From an uncultured Lentisphaeria bacterium (GTDB lineage Bacteria > Verrucomicrobiota > Lentisphaeria > JABSQK01 > JAJFLO01), in assembly GCA_951812855.1 (NCBI GenBank), contig OX638337.1, forward strand, positions 300,001 through 332,000: a stretch of DNA of 32,000 bases. Reading direction: 5' to 3'. The notes beneath the pieces are model-generated. The model did no database searches. It was not told the origin of the DNA and saw nothing but the letters and a program-made list of their open reading frames with translations. The position numbers were made by a program, and so were the translations under genes. Shown one piece after another: positions 19,195 to 28,579 of this stretch. Numbering within the stretch: the first letter of the stretch is position 1; each line of letters begins with the position of its first letter.

Positions 19195-22100
19195 TTACTT
19201 ATCCCTTGCTCGAAAAATATTGCGTAAAGACGCCTCCCATTTTGGTTCCTGAATAGTTCCCGTTAATCGTCTTTCGAGTAAAATTACAAATGGATCAATG
19301 ACCTTCGGAAGCAATTTTGTAAATTGTCCGAAAAATGGTTTTAACGGTTCAGCTATGACCTGAAAATCAAGCAGGTGTGAACTCAGACCGTAATTCCCTC
19401 GTGCTGAAATCGCAATTAAATTACCATTTGTTCTAAAATCGGGCAATTCAACTTTCTCACCTTTAAAATTTAAATTGCTCTTAAAACTGGTGATTTTTCC
19501 CAGATCGTTTTTAGGTAATACTCTTCCAATTATCGCTTTACTGTTTAGCATACTCAAAAAATCTGATATTATAGGAACCTGCCACAGGTCTCCGTCATCC
19601 ACGATTATTTTTCCATTGCCATCGAATAGTACAACTGGGTTGCTATTATCAAAATCAACATCGATTTTACAACTTAATTTACCCGCTTTTATGTCTGAAT
19701 CTTCACCCTTTTGGTGGCTGATTAAATCACCAAAATTGACATCGAGAAATGTTAACCAGATTTTACCGGCTTCATCGGTGAAATTATATGAAATATCTCC
19801 GGTCGTCGTTCCACCAAACAGATTCCCGGTAATCCCGGTCAAGTTTAACTCATCAAATTCATTGACTATCGATGCAGTAATATTATTAACCGGAAAATCA
19901 TATACCTTATTCTTTTCTGAGAATATAGAAATTCTAACCATGTTATCAGATAGAATCCCTGAAGTTGTAACTGTATTAAATTCTGCCATAGGAATAACCG
20001 CTTTATCTAATTGATTTTGAAAAAGCCATGATGATCCCTGCTGGTTATAATTCCCTGTGACATTGGTACCGTTTAAATTACCCATCGAAAATTTCTTAAA
20101 CGAATAATCCCCGAAAATATCGTTATTATGATAAGTAATTCCCAGATTCAGATCAATTAACTCAGTATCTTCAAGACAAATAAATTGCGGTGTTGCCAGA
20201 TCTAACTGCAGCCTTCTATCTGTATAAGTGCTGTCAAACACAATATCATTACAAATCCCCTGAGTTGGATAATGAAAAAATTCGTTAGCGGCACCCGATA
20301 ATGAAAGATTTCCATTTTCTATAATACAACTGCTCTTAATATCTATTACGTGAAATGTTGCATTATCAAACGCTTCTTCTACAGTCAAATCAGCATCAAT
20401 TCGATCACCGTTTAGACTGAAATTCAATTTAATCGTTTCAAAGAGTGTCTGATACAACCGGGCATTCATTATTTCAGTGCTTGACGATAATGTTTTCCCG
20501 TCAAATTTACTTTCAGCAGTAATGCTGTCTGCCTTCCAGTCGTCGTATGACAGGGTGTTGGAATGGGATAAAATTGCAATTGATTGATCTTTGCAGATCC
20601 CCTCAAACAGGGAATCATTTATTTCAAATCCTAATCCATAAACTGATTTGGCATTTCCGTTTATGGTTGAGGCTTCTGATACAGATTCTATTTCTAAAAA
20701 CGCATTTTCAACAGTCCAGTCATTAAACTGACATGAGCGAATTTCAGCAGTCGTATTCGTTTGTAATTTATCAATATGTAATTTTGCGGTAAACTCATTG
20801 ATAAACACATTTTGACAGTCCAAATCACCCCCCTCCAGATCAATTGCAATATTCAAGCGAGGATCACCTTTTGTAAAGAATCTTCCCTGTGCTTTGACAG
20901 AAGGATTCTGATGAAAATAAAAACCACGTTCTATCAGGAAATTTTCCAGTTTAGGATTAAATAATTTAAGTAAAGACGGCGGATATAAATTACTTTCTAT
21001 ATCAAATAATAATTCACTTCTGCTGCCGTGTATCGCCAAGTGCCCGGATGCCGTTGTGTTTTTACTGACAATATCCCAATTATCGATTAAAATGAGAGAA
21101 TTTATATAATCAACGATTACGTGACCTGCAGCTTGTTCAACCGTTACACCATTATATTGAAAATTAGTCATCCGCACATCAGCATCAATAACCAGCCCAT
21201 GATTTGGAAATTTATTATTATAAACCAATTCAAGGTCAATATGAGGTTTATCTTTTTCGTTCCAATTGAACGGCATCCAAATATTCTTATAACTTTTTAT
21301 AAATCGTTCGTCATTGGTAAACGATGTTATAAAGTCTGGTTTACCATCGACAGTGGCCTGAATCATCAATTCTCCGGACTCAATATTAAATGTGCCATTC
21401 AGTAATATTTGAACATCAGATTCGAGTCGAATTATTGTATCCGAAAGTTCACACTGTTTGTCAAACAACTTTATCTGCCCGTTCATCGATGCGATCGTCT
21501 CATCCATTATCGTTATATTATTGACGTTTAGATCCATCACAATATCCCAATTGATTGGACTTGAAATCGGCGAAGGATTTAACCTTAATGTCGCAATAAG
21601 CGGCTTTTTCTTGAAAAGAGGAATAAATTCACTGTAATCTTTAAGTAGATTTGGAGAAATAACTTTGAGAATTTTATGTGGATAAGCCGTTAACGAAAAT
21701 TGACCGGAAATTTCCTCCCGCTCCAGATCCCAAATTGCTTCACCTCCAATATATTCCTGATTATCCATTTCCAGCTTTACATCTGAGATTGCCAGAATAT
21801 TCTGTGTGAAATCTCCTTTTAAGGTTAATTTCTCAATGTTTAGGCCTCGATATAAAAATTGATTGAAATTCACTCCCAACGATACACGACTGTCCAATAG
21901 ACGTGCCACCGGCAATTGAACCATTAGCGTAATTCCGCTTTGAGATAAATTACTGTCAGGATGGATAAATTGTTGAAATGAAGTTAATCCATTTGTTATC
22001 TCTTCAGAAATAAATGGAAGCCAATTATTACAGGTAAACGGGAGAAGTTTTATACGCTTCTGTTTCATTCTCAGCAATTCCTCATCGGTTGGTTTGATGA

Positions 22101-22596
22101 CATCGCCCTGAATGGTAATTTTAACCCCGCCAATAAAACCGGAAAAAGAGTCTATGCTGATTTTATCTTCAAAATTACGGAAGGCAAAATGGACATTCGT
22201 TAATCCCAAAGAATGATAACTATTATCTGCATTACGTTCAAACGGCACATGGAGATTACAGTTTTTACCATAAAGACTGGCAATAACAACGTCTCCTTTA
22301 ATTAAACGCCTCAACATTAATTTCAATTGAATTTTATCCGCAGTAACTATTGTTAACTGACTATGGCTATAATCAGTTATCTTAATGTCTTCTAAAGTAA
22401 TTCCGTCAATTAATCCAAAGCGAATATATTTGGCTTCTGCAGCGATCCCCTGATTTTGGATCTGGTCCCATATCCAGCTTTGAACGAATTGCGGCAACCC
22501 CTTCACCTGCCAGTAAAATAGAACAGATACAAAAAAAACTGCAGATAAAAAAAATATGAATATCAGCTTCTTAATTATTTTCATTTTCTGAATCAC
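19195..22596 (-). CDS. AsmA/TamB-like giant envelope protein (N-terminal membrane anchor, long beta-rich body)
   Basis: Single N-terminal TM helix (LIFIFFLSAVFFVSVLFYW). A 1133-aa repetitive beta-strand-like sequence. The C-terminal block NGNLIAISARGNYGLSSHLLDFQVIAEP...RRLTGTIQEPKW resembles AsmA-like C-terminal domains that end in a G-T-hydrophobic-x-x-P-K motif. Family recognised by overall pattern only. Confidence 0.6.
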   Translation of the reverse strand: MIQKMKIIKKLIFIFFLSAVFFVSVLFYWQVKGLPQFVQSWIWDQIQNQGIAAEAKYIRFGLIDGITLEDIKITDYSHSQLTIVTADKIQLKLMLRRLIKGDVVIASLYGKNCNLHVPFERNADNSYHSLGLTNVHFAFRNFEDKISIDSFSGFIGGVKITIQGDVIKPTDEELLRMKQKRIKLLPFTCNNWLPFISEEITNGLTSFQQFIHPDSNLSQSGITLMVQLPVARLLDSRVSLGVNFNQFLYRGLNIEKLTLKGDFTQNILAISDVKLEMDNQEYIGGEAIWDLEREEISGQFSLTAYPHKILKVISPNLLKDYSEFIPLFKKKPLIATLRLNPSPISSPINWDIVMDLNVNNITIMDETIASMNGQIKLFDKQCELSDTIIRLESDVQILLNGTFNIESGELMIQATVDGKPDFITSFTNDERFIKSYKNIWMPFNWNEKDKPHIDLELVYNNKFPNHGLVIDADVRMTNFQYNGVTVEQAAGHVIVDYINSLILIDNWDIVSKNTTASGHLAIHGSRSELLFDIESNLYPPSLLKLFNPKLENFLIERGFYFHQNPSVKAQGRFFTKGDPRLNIAIDLEGGDLDCQNVFINEFTAKLHIDKLQTNTTAEIRSCQFNDWTVENAFLEIESVSEASTINGNAKSVYGLGFEINDSLFEGICKDQSIAILSHSNTLSYDDWKADSITAESKFDGKTLSSSTEIMNARLYQTLFETIKLNFSLNGDRIDADLTVEEAFDNATFHVIDIKSSCIIENGNLSLSGAANEFFHYPTQGICNDIVFDSTYTDRRLQLDLATPQFICLEDTELIDLNLGITYHNNDIFGDYSFKKFSMGNLNGTNVTGNYNQQGSSWLFQNQLDKAVIPMAEFNTVTTSGILSDNMVRISIFSEKNKVYDFPVNNITASIVNEFDELNLTGITGNLFGGTTTGDISYNFTDEAGKIWLTFLDVNFGDLISHQKGEDSDIKAGKLSCKIDVDFDNSNPVVLFDGNGKIIVDDGDLWQVPIISDFLSMLNSKAIIGRVLPKNDLGKITSFKSNLNFKGEKVELPDFRTNGNLIAISARGNYGLSSHLLDFQVIAEPLKPFFGQFTKLLPKVIDPFVILLERRLTGTIQEPKWEASLRNIFRARDK

Positions 22597-22912
22597 GCAC
22601 GTATAATATCAATCAACCGGGTAATTGCAAAAGTCTGTTTGGATTCAATTGCTCATTACGACAAATATCTTAGATTGTACGTTCCTTTTCAAAATGAGAG
22701 TAGAGTGTTTGTCTGTTCCTAAATTAAAATTAGACAGCGGTAATCTTAGTCATCCGATACAGCCGTTTAGACAATTATCAGTCAAATTTGATTTTTAATA
22801 TAACCATTATTTAATCAGCAATTAAGTTGCTGTGTAATTTAAATTTTCTGCAAATAAAAAATTAAAGATTCATTCATAAACAACAACACAAATCAATCTG
22901 ATTAAACGTAAA

Positions 22913-23863
22913 ATTAAATTATTATTTTTAGGTTCCGGCAAGATCGCGGTACCAACCCTTGAAGCGATTTCAAGATTCGTAGATTTTGAATTGGTCAGCA
23001 GTGTCACACAGCCCGATAAACCTCAGGGTCGTAAACGGATTTTGTTACCAACACCAATTGGCAAATGGGCGGAAGACAATAGACTCAATATTTATAAGCC
23101 GGCGTCTGTTAATCATCCATCTTTTCTGGAAAATTTGCAATCACTTGGTTTAGATATCATTTTAGTATTCTCGTTCGGTCAAATTCTTAGTGAACAATTA
23201 CTTTCCATTCCAAAACTTGGATGCATTAACATTCACACATCGCTTCTGCCTAAGTATCGCGGAGCCTCCCCCATTTGTGCAGCAATAATGGCTGGTGACC
23301 CGTATACAGGCATATCCATAATGCAAATGGAAAAAGGTCTTGACAGCGGACCTGTATATCAGCAATTTGAAGTAAGAATAAGTAACAATATATATGCCCA
23401 TGAACTGGAATTGCAACTGGCAAATCTTGCTGCAGACAAAATTTGTGATTCGATCATAAACATCGTTAATGCAAAACTGGAAGCAGTTGCACAGGATAAC
23501 ACAAATGCCAGTTATGCAAAAAAAATAAAAAAAGAAGACGGGTTCGTTGTCTGGTCGCGTGACGCTAAGGATATAGAACGCCAAGTCCGTGCCTATTCAA
23601 ATTGGCCGGGTGCATGGTTTTTGCTTGAAATGCAAAATAAGCCAGGGAAGAAAATTATTATTACGGAAGCATCGGTAAAAGAATACAATTCTAAACTAAA
23701 TCATCCCCCGGGAACGATTATACAAGCAGATAAATCTGGATGGACAATAGCATGCGGGGCGAATGCACTGTCAATCAACAAATTAATCCCGGAAGGGAAA
23801 CGGGAAATGACCTCTGATGAATTTCTGACAGGAAACCCGATAACAATAGAAAGACGAATTTAA
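22913..23863 (+). CDS. fmt: methionyl-tRNA formyltransferase; start codon uncertain (non-canonical, somewhere in 22892-22913)
   Basis: KLLFLGSGKIAVPTLEAI...ELVSSVTQPDKPQGRKR...GCINIHTSLLPKYRGASPICAAIMAGDPYTGISIMQMEKGLDSGPV are Fmt blocks, including the HxSLLPxxRG formyltransferase motif. The conserved first beta-strand lies upstream of the track's TTG at 22991. Confidence 0.9.
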   Translation: MKLLFLGSGKIAVPTLEAISRFVDFELVSSVTQPDKPQGRKRILLPTPIGKWAEDNRLNIYKPASVNHPSFLENLQSLGLDIILVFSFGQILSEQLLSIPKLGCINIHTSLLPKYRGASPICAAIMAGDPYTGISIMQMEKGLDSGPVYQQFEVRISNNIYAHELELQLANLAADKICDSIINIVNAKLEAVAQDNTNASYAKKIKKEDGFVVWSRDAKDIERQVRAYSNWPGAWFLLEMQNKPGKKIIITEASVKEYNSKLNHPPGTIIQADKSGWTIACGANALSINKLIPEGKREMTSDEFLTGNPITIERRI

Positions 23864-23866
23864 TTT

Positions 23867-25567
23867 ATGAAACAAATTATTATAAACCGCGAACATCTCC
23901 AGACACGAGCTGCATTTGTCGAGGATGGTAAAATGGTTGAATACTATTTTGAAACCGGCGGTAAAGAACAAATAGTTGGTTCAATATACAAAGGAAAAAT
24001 CACAAATCTTGAACCCTCGCTGCAGGCAGCATTTATTGATCTGGGCTTAGAAAAAAATTCCTTCCTGCATTATTGGGATATGATTCCTGCTGCCACGGAA
24101 GTGTTAGAAGGAGGAAGCCGTAAAGACATAGATCACGAATACGATCAATTCATTAATAAAAATCAAGGCGGCGAACCTCAATTTAGCAGTTCCTTTATAC
24201 AGAGTATATCAAAAAAAATTAAATGTTTTTTAGGCACCGAAAAACCTGAGGAAAACATTAAAAAAAGAAAACATTCCGGTGGTTCAGGTAAGGGCAGATC
24301 ACAGGGGGGAGGTAAAAGTCAAAAACAAATAAAGTTTGATGCTGACGACATTCCTAAGAAATTCTCGGTAAACAGTAACGTCGTTGTCCAGGTAACTAAA
24401 GGTCCGATAGGGAACAAGGGCCCAAGGGTGACAACAAATTTGAGCATCCCGGGACGCTACGCAGTATTGCTGCCAAATTCAAATCATAAGGGTGTGTCCA
24501 GGCGAATTTCCGATCGTGCAGAGCGTGCTCGCATACGTGAAATGCTAAAAAAGATATCCCTGCCAAAGGACATTGGTATAATTTGCAGAACTGCAAGCAT
24601 TGGTCTTGATGAAAAATCTTTAAAATCAGATATAAGTATTATTCTGGAAAAATGGAAGAAATCACAGCAAATTATGCGTTCAAAGGAAGCCCCCTGCTGT
24701 ATTTACAAAGAACCAGATTTACTGGAAAAAACCATCCGGGATTCGCTTACTGATGGTGTTGATGAAATTATAGTGGATTCAAAAGATGCATACGACGACA
24801 TCCTTTCTTATATGAAACAACTTAATAAAAAAGATCAATCTCGAATTAAACTTTATGATAACCCGACATCCGTTTTTCAATACTATAAGCTGACCAATCA
24901 ATTTCAGCAGATTCATAAACGAAATATATTATTACCAAGTGGTGCAGAACTCTGTATAGATGAAACTGAAGCATTAATTGCAATTGATATCAACTCAAGA
25001 AAAAGCAGGAAGGGTAAAGATCATCCAGAAACGATCTTAAATACCAACCTTGAAGCTGCCGAAGAAATTGGAAGACAGCTGCGACTTAGAAATATTGGCG
25101 GACTGGTGATAATTGATTTTATCGACATGCGTTCAAAAAAGGATCGAATGGCAGTTTATCAAAAAATGCGAGAGGTTCTTGATAAAGACAGCGCTAAGAC
25201 AAAAGCATTGCAAATTTCCAGGTTTGGCTTACTGGAAATGACACGTCAAAGAGAGTATGAAAGTTTACAAGATGCGACGTTCAAAACATGTGACTACTGC
25301 AAAGGGAAAGGATTAATAAAATCGTCAATAACAATTAGTGTTGAACTGCAGCGTCAGCTCCAGGAAATTCTAAGAAGGAACAAAGGTAAAACGCCTGTTA
25401 AAGTAACCGTTCATCCTTCAGTATTGGCACGACTGAAAAAGGAGGATGGCCAGATTCTGAAAAGTATGGAAGAAAAATTTGGAGGTGATCTGGTCTTTAG
25501 ATCTGATCCCAATTTACACGAAGAAGACTTTAATTTTGTGAACCCGCTAACTGGAAAGAGTTTGTAA
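23867..25567 (+). CDS. rng: ribonuclease E/G family endoribonuclease with an expanded S1-domain insert
   Basis: S1 block IVGSIYKGKITNLEPSLQAAFIDLGLEKNSFLH...VVVQVTKGPIGNKGPRVTTNLSIPGRYAVLLP. Catalytic block CIDETEALIAIDINS...TNLEAAEEIGRQLRLRNIGGLVIIDFIDM. Zn-link-like CDYCKGKG. Confidence 0.85.
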   Translation: MKQIIINREHLQTRAAFVEDGKMVEYYFETGGKEQIVGSIYKGKITNLEPSLQAAFIDLGLEKNSFLHYWDMIPAATEVLEGGSRKDIDHEYDQFINKNQGGEPQFSSSFIQSISKKIKCFLGTEKPEENIKKRKHSGGSGKGRSQGGGKSQKQIKFDADDIPKKFSVNSNVVVQVTKGPIGNKGPRVTTNLSIPGRYAVLLPNSNHKGVSRRISDRAERARIREMLKKISLPKDIGIICRTASIGLDEKSLKSDISIILEKWKKSQQIMRSKEAPCCIYKEPDLLEKTIRDSLTDGVDEIIVDSKDAYDDILSYMKQLNKKDQSRIKLYDNPTSVFQYYKLTNQFQQIHKRNILLPSGAELCIDETEALIAIDINSRKSRKGKDHPETILNTNLEAAEEIGRQLRLRNIGGLVIIDFIDMRSKKDRMAVYQKMREVLDKDSAKTKALQISRFGLLEMTRQREYESLQDATFKTCDYCKGKGLIKSSITISVELQRQLQEILRRNKGKTPVKVTVHPSVLARLKKEDGQILKSMEEKFGGDLVFRSDPNLHEEDFNFVNPLTGKSL

Positions 25568-25811
25568 ACAAAATAGGTAGAAGTTCAATGATTGGTGAAG
25601 TAAAAATCTAAATATGCAGTATTTTTATTGTTTTTCTGTCTTTTTTTGAAATTGACGAGATTGTTTTTTGCATATTCCGAAATACTCAATTGATACATAA
25701 CGGGTATCTCTAAAAAAAGGAATTTTTTAGAGTTTGAGGTTTTAAGTTTCAGAATTATAGATTAACATTTTGTGATTTTTTTACTCAGAAATATTATTTA
25801 GGGGAACTAAG

Positions 25812-26711
25812 GTGATTTACGATAAAAATGGTGCGTTAATAAAGAGTGAAATAAAGCAACTGCCCGATCCTAAGCGTGGAAAAGTAAGAGACATCTATGA
25901 TCTTGATGATTCATTACTTTTCATTGCAACAGACCGCATAAGCGCATTTGACTGTGTTATGCCCAATGGAATACCGGAAAAGGGAAGAGTTCTTAATTCT
26001 CTTTCATTATTCTGGTTTGAATATTTTTCGACAGTTCCAAATCATTTAATTACAAATGATGTGGATCAATACCCTGACGTTTTAAGAGACTGTTCATCTG
26101 ACTTATCAGGCAGATCAATGTTAGTAAAAAAAGCTGATGTATTGCCTGTTGAATGTGTTTGTCGAGGATATTTGATCGGATCCGGATGGAAAGATTATCA
26201 ACAGACAAATTCAGTGTGCGGAATTCCTTTACGTGAAGGATATTCACTGGGAGCAAAACTCGATGAAAATATTTTCACACCGGCATTCAAAGCTGAAATG
26301 GGTGATCACGACGAAAATATAAGTTACAAAAAGGTTATTGAATTGGTTGGAGCTGATAAAGCAGAAATATTAAAGCAGAAAACAATCGACTTATATAGTG
26401 CCGCATCGGATTATGCTCTAACTAAAAACGTGATCATTGCTGATACCAAATTTGAATTTGGAGTTCATAACGGCGAAATAATATTAATCGATGAAGTATT
26501 GACGCCAGATTCAAGCCGATTTTGGCCGGCAGAATTATATAAAGAAGGTAAAAATCCTCCCAGCCTCGATAAACAATTTGTAAGAGACTACCTTGAATCA
26601 ATATCATTTAACAAATGTCCGCCTGCTCCGGAGTTACCTGATGATATTGTTGAAAAAACTAAAGAAAAATATTTAGAAGCCTATCTGACAATAACCGGAA
26701 AATCATTGTAA
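25812..26711 (+). CDS. purC: phosphoribosylaminoimidazole-succinocarboxamide (SAICAR) synthase
   Basis: GKVRDIYDLDDSLLFIATDRISAFD...VECVCRGYLIGSGWK...IIADTKFEFG...ILIDEVLTPDSSRFW...LDKQFVRDYL is the PurC pattern. Apparent GTG start. Confidence 0.92.
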   Translation: MIYDKNGALIKSEIKQLPDPKRGKVRDIYDLDDSLLFIATDRISAFDCVMPNGIPEKGRVLNSLSLFWFEYFSTVPNHLITNDVDQYPDVLRDCSSDLSGRSMLVKKADVLPVECVCRGYLIGSGWKDYQQTNSVCGIPLREGYSLGAKLDENIFTPAFKAEMGDHDENISYKKVIELVGADKAEILKQKTIDLYSAASDYALTKNVIIADTKFEFGVHNGEIILIDEVLTPDSSRFWPAELYKEGKNPPSLDKQFVRDYLESISFNKCPPAPELPDDIVEKTKEKYLEAYLTITGKSL

Positions 26712-26725
26712 AAAGAGAAATCAAT

Positions 26726-27667
26726 ATGTGTAATAAATTAAGTGTCTACACAATATTATTAGGTATTTCCCTGACATTAACAGGCACAGCATCTGCAGAA
26801 ATAGAGTGGAAACCTGAAGATGCCTGGCGAAAAAATAAAAAAAGTAAAACCTCAAAATATATCACACATGCTGAGTTTCATGAAAAACATAAGGAATATA
26901 AGTCAGCAATAAAGTTTTATAAAAAAATTGAGAAGCATTCAGTTAATCTTAATAATAAAGCTAAAGCCATCATTGCTCATGGCAGGTGTTTTGAGAAAAT
27001 GGGAAGAGAATGGAATGCCTATATTCAATATAAGAAAGCAGTTGATGAGTATTCAAATTATATTCCTTTCATCGAAATATTAAATAAAGAATTCTCAATA
27101 GCAAACAAATATGCCAAAGGTAAAAGAGATAAATTTTTGTTCTTTTCATTTTCCGCCTACGGTAAAGCGATCAAAATCTATGATCATATTACTCAGGCAG
27201 GTCCTTACGCACCGATTACCCCTGAAGCATTATATAGATCTGGATTACTTTCATTAAAAATTAAAGATTATAAAGAAGCAGCAGCCAATTTTTCAGAAAT
27301 AATCTCTCGTTATCCCGGGAGTAAATTTGTCGCAGATGCCAGAATTGATATTGCAGATACCCTGCTCAGAAATGCAGCCGAAGCTGATGGTGACGGATCA
27401 CTGGTTCGTCAGGCTCACAAACAATTAACTCTTTTTTTCAGCCTGAATAAGAATCATCCCAGAAATGAAGAAGCACAAAAATTATTAGACTTGGCGTTGA
27501 CTGACAAAGCAAAGAATTTATTATACTTGGGACAGTTTTATAGTCGTCCGTCTCATAAACGAATTCCTGCATCTAAACGGTATTTAAGACAGGTGATATC
27601 CGATTACCAGGAGACCGATAGTGCCAGATTAGCTGAAAAATTATTAACGATTATCGAAACAGAATAG
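26726..27667 (+). CDS. TPR-repeat outer-membrane assembly factor, BamD/YfiO-like
   Basis: Signal peptide (LGISLTLTGTASA/E). Helical repeats with the BamD-like block PEALYRSGLLSLKIKDYKEAAANFSEIISRYPGSKFVADARIDIADTL. No lipobox cysteine at the cleavage region. The family call is pattern-based. Confidence 0.5.
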   Translation: MCNKLSVYTILLGISLTLTGTASAEIEWKPEDAWRKNKKSKTSKYITHAEFHEKHKEYKSAIKFYKKIEKHSVNLNNKAKAIIAHGRCFEKMGREWNAYIQYKKAVDEYSNYIPFIEILNKEFSIANKYAKGKRDKFLFFSFSAYGKAIKIYDHITQAGPYAPITPEALYRSGLLSLKIKDYKEAAANFSEIISRYPGSKFVADARIDIADTLLRNAAEADGDGSLVRQAHKQLTLFFSLNKNHPRNEEAQKLLDLALTDKAKNLLYLGQFYSRPSHKRIPASKRYLRQVISDYQETDSARLAEKLLTIIETE

Positions 27668-27737
27668 AAATGCAGTTTATTCGATTCAGAGTTCAAAATT
27701 AATAAACTTATTGCTAAAATTCCAACCTGTGGACATC

Positions 27738-28292
27738 ATGAAACCAGCTCGTTTAATACATTTATTCTTCATCATCCTATCCATATTCGTATCATCTTGC
27801 AGCCACTACCGCTTAGTCAGGACAGATCAAAGTAAAATTCAATCGATCGCTATAGCTGAGCCAGATAATCACACCAATGAACCTCGGTTATCCAGCTACC
27901 TTAAAAATAATCTCGCAGAATTATTTACATTTGACGGGGGTATAAAGGTTGTAAGAAATACTAATCAGGCAAACTGCATTATTAATACTAAAATTTTATC
28001 CCTGGATACTCGAGGAATTGGTGAAAAACGGATGAGTTCAAATGATGATGATCAACGAAAATATCGATCAACAATATTCAGGACATCAGTAATTATTGAA
28101 TATGCTGTCTCATGTCCAAATGACAATTCTTCACTACATCAAACACATCGCATCACGGGTTATGCTGATTTTACAGAATTGGTTGACATTGATATTGTTC
28201 GAAAGGATGGATTAAACAGGGCAATCAATGATGCATGCTTAAAAATTGTAAATAATACTATCAACACCGATGAATTAACATCTGCCAGGTGA
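27738..28292 (+). CDS. LptE-like LPS-assembly lipoprotein
   Basis: I place the start at the ATG at 27738 (MKPARLIHLFFIILSIFVSSC, lipobox VSSC). The mature sequence CSHYRLV...IQSIAIAEPDNHTNEPRLSSYLKNNL...GGIKVV follows the non-proteobacterial LptE pattern (C-G/S-Y-x-L, then I..I.V..F.N.T.EP.L). Adjacent to the BamD-like gene. Confidence 0.5.
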   Translation: MKPARLIHLFFIILSIFVSSCSHYRLVRTDQSKIQSIAIAEPDNHTNEPRLSSYLKNNLAELFTFDGGIKVVRNTNQANCIINTKILSLDTRGIGEKRMSSNDDDQRKYRSTIFRTSVIIEYAVSCPNDNSSLHQTHRITGYADFTELVDIDIVRKDGLNRAINDACLKIVNNTINTDELTSAR

Positions 28293-28579
28293 ATCTGTAA
28301 ATTTTAATAAAATGGTATTTTAAAACCTTGCCATACCCGGCTAAAATTGAATCTCACCGACAGGTAAAATGATATGAGAAAGTCAGTCTATTCCTTATGC
28401 TGTAAGAAAAAGTTATATCACAGGAAACAGCCGAAGAACTAACATATAAAAATCAATACGTTATCTGTAATCATATTGATTTTTTTTCACACGTCTTATC
28501 GAATCTACAGTAAAATTTTTTGATGGGAGCCACACCAAAATTTTACCTTTTCTTTTAGAGTAATTTGCAGTTTCTATTT

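Noticed and set aside
19475-20014. A 179-aa ORF antisense to the AsmA-like gene. Similar antisense or out-of-frame ORFs occur at 23198-23584, 17010-17309, 11052-11327, 10288-10575, 8454-8723 and 28782-29096, among others.
   Set aside because: All lie entirely within well-supported genes. They have low-complexity or hydrophobic composition typical of shadow ORFs in AT-rich genomes, and they lack RBS and recognisable motifs.
22991-22993. TTG at 22991 as the fmt start (the track annotation).
   Set aside because: It would delete the conserved N-terminal beta-strand and Gly loop (KLLFLGSGKIAVP), which is clearly encoded in-frame upstream.
25568-25811. A purine riboswitch or terminator upstream of purC.
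   Set aside because: There is no UAUAAU...ACCGUAAAU-type purine aptamer core. The T-runs are not preceded by convincing GC stems. Only the AT-rich palindrome is reported, at low interest.
27711-27737. TTG at 27711 as the start of the LptE-like gene.
   Set aside because: The in-frame ATG at 27738 gives a standard lipoprotein signal peptide (MKPARLIHLFFIILSIFVSSC). The nine extra codons add nothing recognisable.
28461-28579. The ORF 28461..28706 (81 aa) might be a small gene downstream of, and overlapping, the GT2 3' end.
   Set aside because: Most of it overlaps the GT2 C-terminal TM region out of frame. The remainder has no motif or RBS. It is likely spurious.
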